Shown: positions 12,351 to 24,060 of the stretch, in pieces
Numbering within the stretch: the stretch's first letter is position 1
How the letters are laid out: the number at the start of each line of letters is the position of its first letter
Origin: Chiloscyllium plagiosum
Lineage: Eukaryota
Direction: 5' to 3'
Assembly (NCBI RefSeq): GCF_004010195.1
Contig: NC_057718.1
Coordinates: 86,982,139-87,046,138 of the forward strand
Length of the DNA: 64,000 nucleotides
Made by a program: the position numbers and the translations under genes
Notes under the pieces: model-generated
Seen by the model: only the letters and a program-made list of their open reading frames with translations
What the model was told of the DNA's origin: nothing
The model's database searches: none

Positions 12351-15300
12351 AGAGTCAGAGAGATGCACAGAGAGAAAGTGAGGACTGCAGATGCTGGAGA
12401 TCAGAGCTGAAAAATGTGTTGCTGGAAAAGCGCAGCAGGTCAGGCAGCATCCAAGGAGAAGGAGAATCGACGTTTCGGGCATAAGCCCTTCTTCAAGAAT
12501 GTAGAGATGTACAGCATGGAAACAGACACATCGGTCCAACCTGTCCATGCCGACCAGATATCCCAACCCAATCTAATCCTACCTGCCAGCGCCCGGCCCA
12601 TGTCCCTCCTATTCATATACCCATCCAAATGCCTCTTAAATGTTGCAATTGTACCAGCCTCCACCACATCCTCTGGCAGCTCATTCCATACACGTACCAC
12701 CCTCTGCGTGAAAACATTGCCCCTTAGGTCTCTTTTATATCTTTCCCCTCTCACCCTAAACCTATGCCCTCTAGTTCTGGACTCCCCGACCCCAGGGAAA
12801 AGATTTTGTCTATTTATCCTATCCATGCCCCTCATAATTTTGTAAACCTCTATAAGGTCACCCCTCAGTCTCCGACGCTCCAGGGAAAACATCCCCANNN
12901 NNNNNNNNNNNNNNNNNNNNNNNNNNNNNNNNNNNNNNNNNNNNNNNNNNNNNNNNNNNNNNNNNNNNNNNNNNNNNNNNNNNNNNNNNNNNNNNNNNNN
13001 NNNNNNNNNNNNNNNNNNNNNNNNNNNNNNNNNNNNNNNNNNNNNNNNNNNNNNNNNNNNNNNNNNNNNNNNNNNNNNNNNNNNNNNNNNNNNNNNNNNN
13101 NNNNNNNNNNNNNNNNNNNNNNNNNNNNNNNNNNNNNNNNNNNNNNNNNNNNNNNNNNNNNNNNNNNNNNNNNNNNNNNNNNNNNNNNNNNNNNNNNNNN
13201 NNNNNNNNNNNNNNNNNNNNNNNNNNNNTATGCTTGCATCCAAATCATTTATGTAAATGACAAAAAGTAGAGGGCCCAGCACCGATCCTTGTGGCACTCC
13301 ACTGGTCACAGGCCTCCAGTCTGAAAAACAACCCTCCACCACCACCCTCTGTCTTCTACCTTAGAGCCAGTTCTGTATCCAAATGGCTAGTTCTCCCTGT
13401 ATTCCATGAGATCCAACCTTGCTAATCAGTCTCCCATGGGGAACCTTGTCAAATGCCTTACTGAAGTCCATATAGATCACATCTACTGCTCTGCCCTCAT
13501 CAATCTTCTTTGTTACTTCTTCAAAAAACTCAATCAAGTTTGTAAGATATGATTTCCCAAGCACAAAGCCATGTTGACTATCCCGAATCAATCCTTATCT
13601 TTCCAAAACATGTACATCCTGTCCCTCAGGATTCCCTCCAACAACTTGCCCACCACCGAGGTCAGGCTCATTGGTCTATAGTTCCCTGGCTTGTCTTTAC
13701 CGCCCTTCTTAAACATGGCACCACGTTTGCCAATCTCCAGTCTTCTGGCACCTCACCTGTGACTATCGATGATACAAATATCTCAGCAAGAGACCCAGCA
13801 ATCACTTCTCTAGCTTCCCACAGAGTTCTCGGGTACACCTGATCAGATCCTGGGGATTTATCCACCTTTAACCGTTTCAAGACATCCATCCTCTGTAATC
13901 TGGACATTTTGCAAGATGTCACCATCTATTTCCCTATAGTCTATATCTTTCATATCCTTTTCCACAGTAAATACTGATGCAGAATATTCATTTAGTATCT
14001 CCCCCATTTTCTGCCCTGCCTTATTTCCCAAGGGTAGCTCAGGTTTTGCACCTTCTCTAGTAGGTACAAAGGCCGCCTTGCGGATCTTTGAGGGGCCCTA
14101 TTCTCTCCCTTGTTACCCTTTTGTCCTTAATATATTTGTGAAACCCCTTTGGATTCTCCTTAATTCTATTTGCCAAAGCTATCTCATGTCCCCGTTTTGC
14201 CCTCCTGACTTCCCTCTTAAGTATACTCCTACTTTCTTTATACTCTTCTAAGAATTCACTCGATCTATCCTGTCTGTATCTGACATATACTTCCTTCTTT
14301 TTCTCAATTTCCTTCGTCATCCAGCATTCCCTATACCTACCAGCCTTCCCTTTCACCCTGACAGGAATATACTTCCTCTGGATCTTGTTAGCTCATTTCT
14401 GAAGGCTTCCCATTTTCCAGCCGTCCCTTTACCTGCGAACACCTGCCTCCAATCAGCTTTTGAAAGTTCTTGCCTAATACCGTCAAAATTGGCCTTTCTC
14501 CAATTTAGAACTTCAACTTTTAGATCTGGTCTATCCTTTTCCATCACTATTTTAAAACGAATAGAATTATGGTCGCTGGCCCCAAAGTACTCCCTCACTG
14601 ACACCTCAGTCACCTGCCCTGCCTTATTTACCAAGAGTAGCTCAGGTTTTGCACCTTCTCTAGTAGGTACATCCACATACTGAATCAGGAAATTGTCTTG
14701 TACACACTTAAGAAATTCCCCTCCATCTAAACCTTTAACACTATGGCAGTCCCAATNNNNNNNNNNNNNNNNNNNNNNNNNNNNNNNNNNNNNNNNNNNN
14801 NNNNNNNNNNNNNNNNNNNNNNNNNNNNNNNNNNNNNNNNNNNNNNNNNNNNNNNNNNNNNNNNNNNNNNNNNNNNNNNNNNNNNNNNNNNNNNNNNNNN
14901 NNNNNNNNNNNNNNNNNNNNNNNNNNNNNNNNNNNNNNNNNNNNNNNNNNNNNNNNNNNNNNNNNNNNNNNNNNNNNNNNNNNNNNNNNNNNNNNNNNNN
15001 NNNNNNNNNNNNNNNNNNNNNNNNNNNNNNNNNNNNNNNNNNNNNNNNNNNNNNNNNNNNNNNNNNNNNNNNNNNNNNNNNNNNNNNNNNNNNNNNNNNN
15101 NNNNNNNNNNNNNNTGGGAGTAATCCAGATATTACTACCCTTGAGGACCTCCTTTTTAAATTTTTGCCTAACCCTCTGTAATCTCCCTTCAGAGTCTCAA
15201 CCTTTTCCCTTCCAATGTCATTGGTTCCAATGTGGACAATGACCTCCTGCTAGCCCCTCTCCCCCATGAGAACATTCTTCACCCTCTCTGAGACATCTTT

Positions 15301-16092
15301 GATCCTGGCACCAGGGAAACAACACACCATTCTGCTTTCTCTCCGCTGGCCACAGAAACGTCTGTCTGTACCTCTGACTACAGAATCCCCCAACACAATT
15401 GATCTCTTGGAAGCCGACATACCCCTCGTTGCATTAGGGCCAGTCTCAATACCAGAAACTTGGCTGTACGTGCTACGTTCCCCTGAGAATCCATCACCCC
15501 CTACACTTTCCAAAACAGCATATCTGTTTGAAATGGGTATATCCACAAAAGGTGGATCCTGCTCTAGCTGCCTACCTCTCTTACCCTTCCTGGAGTTAAC
15601 CCATCTATGTGACTGTATCTGAGACTTTCCCCCCTTTCTGTAACTGCCATCCATCCCATACTGTTGCTGTTGCAAATTCCTCATCGCTTCTATCTATCTC
15701 TCCAACCGATCCACTCGATCTGATAAGATTCGCATCCAACAGCATTTACGGCTGATATAATCCGCAGTAACCCTTAAACTCTTTTTAAACTCCCACATCT
15801 GACAAGAAGTACATATCACTGCAAAGGCCATTTTTGCTCCTTCACAATCTACAGACCCAGAAAATAACACCATCTTATTCCTCTACAAACACTGTCTCAG
15901 GTTAAATTAATAGCTATGGCTTATATTTTAAGTTTAATCAAGAGACTTATGTCCAAAAACATATAATCAAGAAAGAATCCATTGTATCCACTACTACAGC
16001 CTTTCTCTTGGACAGACTTAAAACAACAATTAACTTATCTGATTCTGTGCTGTGAACTTCGCCCAACAGTTTCTCCAAGATTAGTTGTGAAA
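12351..16092 (-). mobile_element. CR1 LINE subfamily C, near full-length, inactivated, two N-gaps
   Basis: ORF1 from about 15831 with IVLGDSVVRG. ORF2 ASDHN, DFSKAFDKVPH and [10 protein letters not shown]. 3' tail at 12351-12560 interrupted by a PLE terminus (12371-12500). Confidence 0.9.
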
Positions 16093-16106
16093 GAAGTTAA
16101 CTTCAG

Positions 16107-16177
16107 CGAGCCTGACGTGATTTGAACACATGACTTCTGATCGGGAGTCAGACGTGCTACTGTTGCACCACAAGCTC
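16107..16177 (-). pseudogene. tRNA-Trp-derived sequence (anticodon now CCC)
   Basis: GAGCTTG TG GTGC AACAGTA GCAC G TCTGA CTCCCGA TCAGA AGTC ATGTG TTCAAAT CACGT CAGGCTC G folds as a cloverleaf and closely resembles vertebrate tRNA-Trp(CCA). The D-loop GG is lost. Confidence 0.8.
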
Positions 16178-16179
16178 AT

Positions 16180-16297
16180 GAGTCGATGTTTCGAACATAA
16201 GATCTTCATCAGGAATGCTCCTCAGATGCTGCCTGACTGGCTGTGCTTTTCCAGCACTAGACTTCTTGATTCTGATCTCCAGCATCTACAGTCCTCT
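16180..16297. mobile_element. PLE foldback remnant, right part (left part at 12285-12350)
   Basis: Terminal sequence shared with other PLE remnants. Flanked overall by the TSD ttagagtcatg (12274-12284 and 16320-16330). Confidence 0.7.
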
Positions 16298-16319
16298 AGC
16301 ATACAGTTCTCTTCCTTGT

Positions 16320-17000
16320 TTAGAGTCATGCCTAGCACATAGTAAGATGGTTGTAGTTATTGGAATTCAATCAGCTCAGCTTCAGAATATCACTGCAGGA
16401 GTTTCCTCAGGGTAGTGTCCTTGGCCCAAACAGCTTGATTGTTTCATCAATGATTTTCCCTGTATCATAAGATCAGAAGTGGGACTGTTCATCAATTATC
16501 ATGCAATGTTGAGCAGCATTCGCAACTCCACCAATACCGAAACAGTCCAGGTCCAGATGTAAAACGACCCAGAAAATATCTATGCTTGGATTGAAATGTA
16601 ACAAGTAGCATTTATGCCACACAAATACCAGGCAATTACCATCTCCAATAAGAGAACAAACTAACTACTACCCCATGACATTCAATGGCATTACTATCAC
16701 AGAATCCCCCACTACCAACATCCAGGGTTACCATTGACCATAAACTCAAATGAACTCACCATTTAAATACTTTGGATGGAAGAGCAGGTCAGAGACTAGG
16801 AGTACTGTGGGAAGTAACTCACCTCCTGACTCTCCAAGGCCTGTCCACCATCAACAATACACAAACCAGAATGGTATGTTCCTCACTTGTGCAGAAGAGT
16901 GCAGCTCCAAATATTATGTGAGCATCTGGCTTGTATTAAAACTTCCTGATAATTACCACTTCATCGAAACACTACAAGTGCTGGCTATTGTGTTTGTGAT
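16320..17000 (+). mobile_element. LINE family B, third piece (RT 3' half)
   Basis: [17 protein letters not shown] remnant. Colinear with 53450-54190 on the minus strand. Confidence 0.72.
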
Positions 17001-17599
17001 GCAGTGAAATGAATTCAGTATTTCACAAAAGCTCTTGTGCATCTAGCATTTGGTCCAAACTGGAACTTCATAAAACTAAATCATCCTTCTGGATAGGAAA
17101 ATCCACTAGAAAGGCATGTTTACCGTGTTAAATGTCAAGATCCAGGGTCAAGTGAATAACCCTCATCCAAGGAAGGTTGACACTGTAATTGGCTGCTTTC
17201 ACACAATCTACCTCTCCCTCCCCAGAAATAAATCATAATCTAATGTTCACATGCTCATTAAATGGGGTTTTAAATCGTGTTCCTATGACTGCTTTAAATA
17301 TGAATGATTATTCTCCTGGATGGTCTCAGTCTGATTTTATCACTTGTCAGTGATCTTTAACAAAACAAAAGTAATGGCAAATCAAATAACCAAATAGTTA
17401 AATAGAAGCAGTTTTGCTGGTAAGAGAATTACTCTGCAACTGCAGAACTTTCAAGGCAACTAAAATAGAGAGAAAGCTGAGTTATGCCAAAAAGCAGAGA
17501 TCTTAGCATGTTGGTGTAGCTTTTCACCTGTTAGCTCATATTATAACATTAATCATTTTTGTGTTTTGGTGGACCTTTGAATATCTTGTTTCTTCATAG

Positions 17600-17692
17600 C
17601 AATTGTTTGAAGATCCGGAGGGGAAGGTTGAACTGCCGCCATCACTTAAAGTTTATTCTTGGAAGCGTCCTTATGAATTTATCCTAGAGAAG
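17600..17692 (+). CDS. ADGB: Androglobin internal exon (QLFEDPEGKVELPPSLKVYSWKRPYEFILEK)
   Basis: ttcttcatAG acceptor, GTcagt donor, 93 nt, phase 0-0. Peptide matches recalled vertebrate ADGB [22 protein letters not shown]. Confidence 0.93.
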
Positions 17693-17949
17693 GTCAGTCG
17701 ACAATGCAATGTTTCTATCATGTCTGAGAATGAATGGCGAAGTTATAGTGACGAGCCTATCTATTTTATGAATTCTCAGTTAAACATTCCAATCATAGAA
17801 TTGGTGTCACCACTCTCAAAATGTATCTTCTGTGTTCTCCTGTTACTCTTCTAACCTTTTTAAAATATGCAGAAGCTACTGTACTACAGAAATTGTCTGA
17901 CAGTCAATCTGCAGTAGATAGCACTGTTTTCTAACAACTGCTGTTATGA

Positions 17950-18163
17950 GACAAAAAAAACTGCAGATGCTGGAATCCAAAGTAGGCAAGCAAGAAGCTG
18001 GAAGACCAGGACAAGCCAGGCATCTTCAGAAGGTGGAGAAGTCAATGTTTCAGGTATAACCCATCTTCAGGACCTGAGTGCTTGAATCCTGAAGAAGGTT
18101 TACACCCGAAACGTTGACTTCTCCACTCCTGATGCTGCTTGGCTTGCTGTGTTCTTCCAGCCA
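17950..18163. mobile_element. PLE foldback remnant with two opposed degenerate hammerhead motifs
   Basis: Inverted arms gctggaagacc...cttcagga and cctgaagaaggtttacacccgaaacgttgac...ttccagc. Confidence 0.7.
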
Positions 18164-18289
18164 ACTGCTATTGTGAAGCAAACTGTTCTGACTTGTTCAA
18201 GTGTGTGTGAAGGTAGCAGTGAATGCCCCTCCTGTTGTAATGGTACTTGTTGCTGGGGCACCTCAACTAGCATTACAGCTACCTTTGTT

Positions 18290-18605
18290 TTTCATTCATT
18301 CACATAGCTAGCTAGGCAGCATTTATTGCCCACAACTAATTGCCCAGAGAGCCGTTGAGAGTTAACCTACGTTGCTGTGGGTCTGGAGTCACATGTAGGC
18401 CGGATGAGGTAAGGATGGCAGATGTCTCTCTGAAGGATGTTAGTGAACTGGATGGATTTTTCTGACAATTGGCAACAGTTTCATGGTTGTCATTAGACTC
18501 TTAATCTTGGATTTTTGATGAATTCAAATTGCACCATCTGCCATAGCAGGATTTGAACTTTGGTTCCTGGAACATTACCCAAGTGTCACGATTAATACCT
18601 CTAAA
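18290..18605 (-). mobile_element. tRNA-derived SINE related to LINE family B
   Basis: B-box-like gttcaaatcc, body ctgccatccttacc...gactccagacccacagcaa and tail gggcaataaatgctg. Related copies at about 33440-33705, 36750-37010 and 56420-56635. Confidence 0.7.
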
Positions 18606-18624
18606 AGCTGATAGAAACATGGAC

Positions 18625-18707
18625 TGTAGTTGGCGTGATTTGAATCTATGGAAGGGAAACCCTTGTGGATTTCTAACCCATCATCTTAACCACTTGGCCA
18701 CAACTAC
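18625..18707 (-). pseudogene. tRNA-Ser(AGA) pseudogene
   Basis: GTAGTTGTGGCCAAGTGGTTAAGATGATGGGTTAGAAATCCACAAGGGTTTCCC...TTCAAATCACGCCAACTACA resembles vertebrate tRNA-Ser(AGA) with its long variable arm. CpG decay and a damaged T-stem. Confidence 0.75.
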
Positions 18708-19119
18708 ATGCCTTTACACTCCCTCTCACGAGTGAGCCATGATTTGAAGTTCAGGTTGTCAAACCAAAATTAGATATTTAGTCAACAAATATTTAGTAAG
18801 TACATGATTGAATTATGAAGCTCATTGCCTGCATAGGTGGTAGTCGTGAAAGGCAGAACAATGGTTCAAAAAGGTTGTTAAATCTAGACTAACAGGCTTA
18901 ATGGGAAATTTGGATGGTTAGTTGAAATCATCCAATGGACTTCGACCAAAAACATTACTGTTGTGCTAAATGCATTTGCTTCCCACATATGACAGATGGC
19001 CCAATAAAAGATACGGAATTAAATCCAAAAAGTGTGGAATCCTGCTGCTCTCCCCCTTGGTGGGTTAAATCATGTAGCTGGTAGATTTATGTCATTAACG
19101 TCTTTTACATTAATTTCAG

Positions 19120-19191
19120 CTTCCTGTTATTGTTGCGAGAGAGTCCTCATTCGATCTAATGACAGCTAATGAACATATTTTGAAGAGTGAG
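19120..19191 (+). CDS. ADGB: Androglobin internal exon (LPVIVARESSFDLMTANEHILKSE)
   Basis: taatttcAG acceptor, GTgagt donor, 72 nt, phase 0-0. Resembles recalled ADGB TPVVVKNEITFDLFSANEHLLCSE. Not in the ORF track. Confidence 0.88.
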
Positions 19192-19739
19192 GTGAGTGCT
19201 AGCAAACAATTAACCGCAGAGTTACTGCACACAGGACTTGCTTTCATAGATACAAGGTTATAAATATATCTTTAATGCCGATTGCTTGCCATTTTGATAG
19301 TGGCATAAGAAATGGGATTGCACAGGAAAATGACATTGAGGTGGATGATAATCTGTGACCGAGAACAGTGGAGTAAGTTCGAGGCACTGAATGCCTGTTA
19401 CTACTGCCATGTTTCTTGCTATGTTCATACACTTTCATCTGGAAATGTGAAGGGTAAAATGAGAGACTCTTTTGACTCACATTGCAAAAGTACTAAATTA
19501 TCAGGACCTCTTCATCCTGCAACTAATATCACGCTTCACAGGAGTAGTGACCTAGAAATCAAGCCTGCTACTCCTGGAGTTTCATAAAATGTTCAAGTGT
19601 TTTTCACGCAAAGGTTCTCCAATTTCAGGCCCAGGTGACAGAGTGCAGGAACCAGGTTTCTGTATTGAACAAGAATCACTATTTATTAATCACTGTTTAT
19701 TACAAGTGTAATATATATATATATATAATAAATTACACA

Positions 19740-20280
19740 ATGGATTGGGGATAAGAAATATTGCCATAGATTGAGGATAGGTTGACAGACCGGAAGTAGA
19801 GAGTGGGAATAAATAGGTCTTTCTCCGGGTGGCAGACAGTGATTAGAGATTGTGTGGACCAGTGTTTGGATCCCAGCTATTGATGATATATATAAATGAT
19901 TTGGATGAGGGAACCCAATGCAATAATTCCAAGTTTGTTGATGATGTAATCGATGTGAGATCGTGAATTGTGAGGAGGCTTCAGGGTGACCTAGACAAGT
20001 TGAGTGTGGGTGGATATACCTAGCAGATATAGTATAATGTGGATACATTTGAAGCAAGAAAATCAGAGTTTTATTTAAATGGTGGTATATTGGGAAATGT
20101 AGATGTACAGAGGGATCTGGGTGCCTTTGGTTACCAGGCAATGAAACTAAACAGGCAGGTGTAGCAAACAATTAAGAAGGCAAACGATATGCTGGACTTC
20201 ATTGCAAGAGGATTTGAGTTCGGAAATAGAGATGCTTTCCTCTATTGAACAATACCCTTATAAAACTGCAGCTAGAGTAT
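19740..20280 (+). mobile_element. Old CR1 RT fragment
   Basis: IYINDLDEG...ISKFVDD remnant, heavily degraded. Confidence 0.65.
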
Positions 20281-21459
20281 CAGAGAAGTGGTTTTGCAGC
20301 CTAGCAACACCAAGGCTAAGCCTAAAAATAGGTGTTGGAACCCAGACTGTTTGAGAGAAGACCCATCTGACTCTGATGAATATCTTCACTTATCAAAGCT
20401 GTCAAGGGTAACACCTCTATATTGAGTTTCTCAGACAACTTTGTTTAAATTTTCATTAAAAATATCACTATGTAATGGAATCTAGGACAATATCAAGGAA
20501 AGACCTCATGGACAGCCCAGAGCAACTCACAGTCAGCTGGTGCAAGATGGTGCAACAGGGCTCCATGCAGGCTCTTACCTGAGGTCTATCTGCTGCCATC
20601 TGTTTTCCTTCTTTGTTTTCTTTTGCTTTATTTTTCTTTCCTTTATCTCTTTTCTGTGGCGGGTTGCTTGGCAGCAGCGGTGCGGCAGCAAGAGTGGACC
20701 GCATGCCGTGTGGTGAATGTGGCTTCCCCCAGCAATCAGAAATGGCAGCAGCAGTGAGGATACACACACAAATTTGTATGGAGAACAGTTGAAGTTGTGT
20801 TAAATTTTGGAAGAAACGAATGAATCATCAGGAAGACTACAGAGTATAACTTTACTTCTTCAAAATACTCTGGCAAGAGTTTTGACTGATAGATGAAAAT
20901 CTCTTCAAGAGATTGCTGCTTGCCCTCTAAAATTTGTAGTCAAGACTGTCAAGACTACATCCATAGTTGTTGCAAAACACTGAAAACAAAAATATAATGT
21001 CTGGTACACTAGATACAGTAAAGCTAAAGAATTTTCTGGGTTCTCATACAAAAGTAGAACATCGATCTTGTCATTTGGTATTACTGAAGGACTTTTCTGC
21101 ATATGCAGGGTTTGCTGTTCTCTGTAAAGACATCGCATACAATCTCATCAGACCCACTGTGTTGCTAGTTGGAAGATCATTATGAACTCTTTTTGAAGCT
21201 ATACATACCGGAATTTCCATCACATCCTCAATAGGCACTGATAGTGTTTTTTTCAATGAAAAAACTCAGTCACAGAAGCTAACATCACCATATGAGAAGG
21301 TGAAGAAATCTGCTCACTCTAGTCTGAAGAATAGAAAAGTATCAGAGGAATCTTGAAGTTCTGCACCCAGAACAAGGTACCACAGGATTTTCTTCTTGAA
21401 ATGATAAAACTGACCCTGATAGTAGTTTGGTTCCAGATTTACCCCGAAAGTATCGAAAA

Positions 21460-22080
21460 GATTGGAGCTGGAAAAGCACAGCGGATCAGACAGCATCCGA
21501 GGAGCAGGAGAGTTGACGTTTCGAGCAGAAGTGCTTCATCAGGAATGTGGGGGTTGGAGGGTGGCTGAGAGATAAATAGGAGGGTGGGGGTGGAGGTGGA
21601 GGTGGGGGTGAACTGGGAATGCAATAGGTAGATGAAGGTGGTGGCGTGATAGTGATTGGTCATAGGGGAGGATGGAGCGAATAGGTGGGAAGGAAGATAG
21701 ACAGGTAGGCCAGTCCATGAGGGTAGTGCTGAATTGGAGAGTTGGATCTGGGATGAGGTGGGGGGAGGGGAGATTAGAAAACTAGTGAAGTTGATGTTGA
21801 TGCCATGTGGTTGAAGGGTCCCAAGGTGAAAGGTGAGACGTTCTTCCTCCAGTCGTCACATGGCTTGGATGTGCTGGTGGAGGAGGCCCAGAACTTACAT
21901 GTCCTTGGTGGAGTGGGAGGGGGAGTTTAAGTGGTCGGCCACAGGGTAGTGGGGTTGTTTGGTGTGTGTGTCCCAGAGATATTCCGCAAGTCGGCCTTCT
22001 GTCTCCCCAGTGTAGAGGAGACCACATGGAGAGCCTCAGACACAGCAAATGATGTGTTTGGATGTGCCGGAAAATCTCAG
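21460..22080 (-). mobile_element. Penelope-like element 3' remnant (GIY-YIG end and terminal repeat)
   Basis: Homologous to 45200-45400 (YIGETGR/HFNSPSH region). Degenerate hammerhead at about 21512-21546. Confidence 0.75.
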
Positions 22081-22474
22081 CCTGATGTGAAAAATGACCT
22101 TCAGCTGAAAGGGAATGGCCACCCAGACTTTGGATCTTGATTTTTGATGGTCAAAAGCATACACTGTAAAGCCAGTCAGGCAACACAGTAATACTTACTC
22201 CTGAATCAAGAAAAACGTTCAGTATTAAAATTTTGACACTCGTGACTGACCAATAATCTAGGTCTCAAGCATCAATTTGTTGTGCATGACCAGCAGTACA
22301 CAAGATGACAACAAAATGACCAACTCTTGACAAATAAAGTACAACTTTTATTCTTCATTTTTTTCCCTTATTCAGTTTGCTGGATTCTCCTTCCAGTTGA
22401 AGATGTTCTGTTTAACTTAACATTTCAGAGATTAGTCACATGACAAAAGTGCTGAAGATGAGCAAGCTTATTTT

Positions 22475-22791
22475 TAGATTAGATTACTTACAGTGTGGAA
22501 ACAGGCCCTTCAGCCCAACAAGTCCACACCGACCCGCCGAAGAGCAACCCACCTGGACCCATTCCCCTACATTTACCCCTTCACCTAACACTCTGGGCAA
22601 TTTAGCATGGCCAATTCACCTAACCTGCACATTTTTGAACTGTGGGAGGAAACCTGAGCACCCAGAGGAAACCCATGCAGACATGGGGAGAATGTGCAAA
22701 CTCCACATAGACAGTTGCCTGAGGTGGGAACTGAACCTGGGTCTCTGGCGCTGTGAGGCAGCAGTGCTAACCACTGTGCCACATGCCGCCC
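22475..22791 (-). mobile_element. HE1-like V-SINE
   Basis: tRNA head ggcacagtggttagcactgctgcctcacagc, V-domain tgtggagtttgcacattctcccc and CR1-type tail ending (tctaa)n. Confidence 0.88.
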
Positions 22792-23229
22792 ACAAGCTGA
22801 CAAGGTTGAAAGTATAGGACTGCAGGGCAGCCTTGACAGTTGTGTTGTCGTCTTGCAGCACAGCATTGGCACCTCAAACTATGAGTTAGTATATTTTCCC
22901 TGAATCTGGCAGGCTTCTGGTTTGGCATAGTGGAACTAAACCACTGATGGCCTCTGATCGAGCATTGGACTTGCATCAAATCACACCCAACTTTCACGCT
23001 TTACATCTGGCCTGCCAAGTACATCAGACCACATCCTCTAACTTCAAGTCTAAATCAAGAATTACGGCATAGAAAGTGTGAACAAGCTCATCCCGCAATG
23101 CTGCATCATTGAATGAATTGAGCATGCTATATACAATTTAAATGGAGTATATTGAGTTCCCTATTAGCACCCCTGTTTGGACCAGGTGTGTTCAATAATA
23201 AGGTTGTCAGGAGTGGCGCTTAAGAAGCC

Positions 23230-24060
23230 CTAGCAAAACTGAAGCAAATGAGAATCATCATGTTGGAAATATCTATAACTTGGAGTCATACCTATCACAA
23301 AGGATGATAATTATGGTGTTTTAGGACAATCACCTCAAGCCAAGGACATTGCTGCAAGAGTTTGACAAAGTTGATATTTTCTAATCAACTTGTTCAGATA
23401 AGTTTTGAAACACCTCTGGCAAGTAGGACTTGAATCCAGGCCTCCTGGTTCATAGATAGGAACACCACTACTATACCACAGTTTCAAAGAGGAGTGCAAT
23501 AGATCTAACCATGTTCAGCTTCATCAGTGGGTTACCTGCAACATAATACCAGAAACGGTTTTGTGTAACTCATTCTTGACCCCCTTTATCAACCATCTGC
23601 AAGGCACAAATTGGAAGTATGATTGAATACTGTAATTCCTTGGGTGAGGAAAGTTCCAATAATACCCACAAAGTTTAGCTCAGCCGCAGACCAGCTTACT
23701 TGGCACTCCCTTCCACAACCTCATACGTCCGCACCTACCTCTGACGCTGGGGCACAGTGACAGCATGTGTACTACTACTGAGATGCAATGAAACAATTCA
23801 TCAACCTTTCTTTGACAGCACTTTCTAACTCATGATCTTCACCACCTAGAAGAACAAGGGCAGCAGTAGGAACACGTCCAATTGTAAGTTCCCCTCCAAT
23901 TCATATACCATCCTGAATTGTAACTACCAATATTGCTTCGCTGTTGCTGGATCAAAATTTTGTAACTTGCTACCCAACAGTGGCCCCACCATCCTTTTCA
24001 CGTGGTCAGTTAGGAATGGGCAATAAATTCTGGCCAAACCAATGATTTTCATGTGCCTTA
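23230..24060 (+). mobile_element. Degraded LINE family B 3' fragment
   Basis: ttggagtcatacctatcacaaagg RT remnant and tail ttaggaatgggcaataaattctggcc. Confidence 0.6.

Noticed and set aside
18625..18707. Functional tRNA-Ser gene
   Set aside because: Mismatched T and anticodon stems, CpG decay and no clear Pol III terminator.
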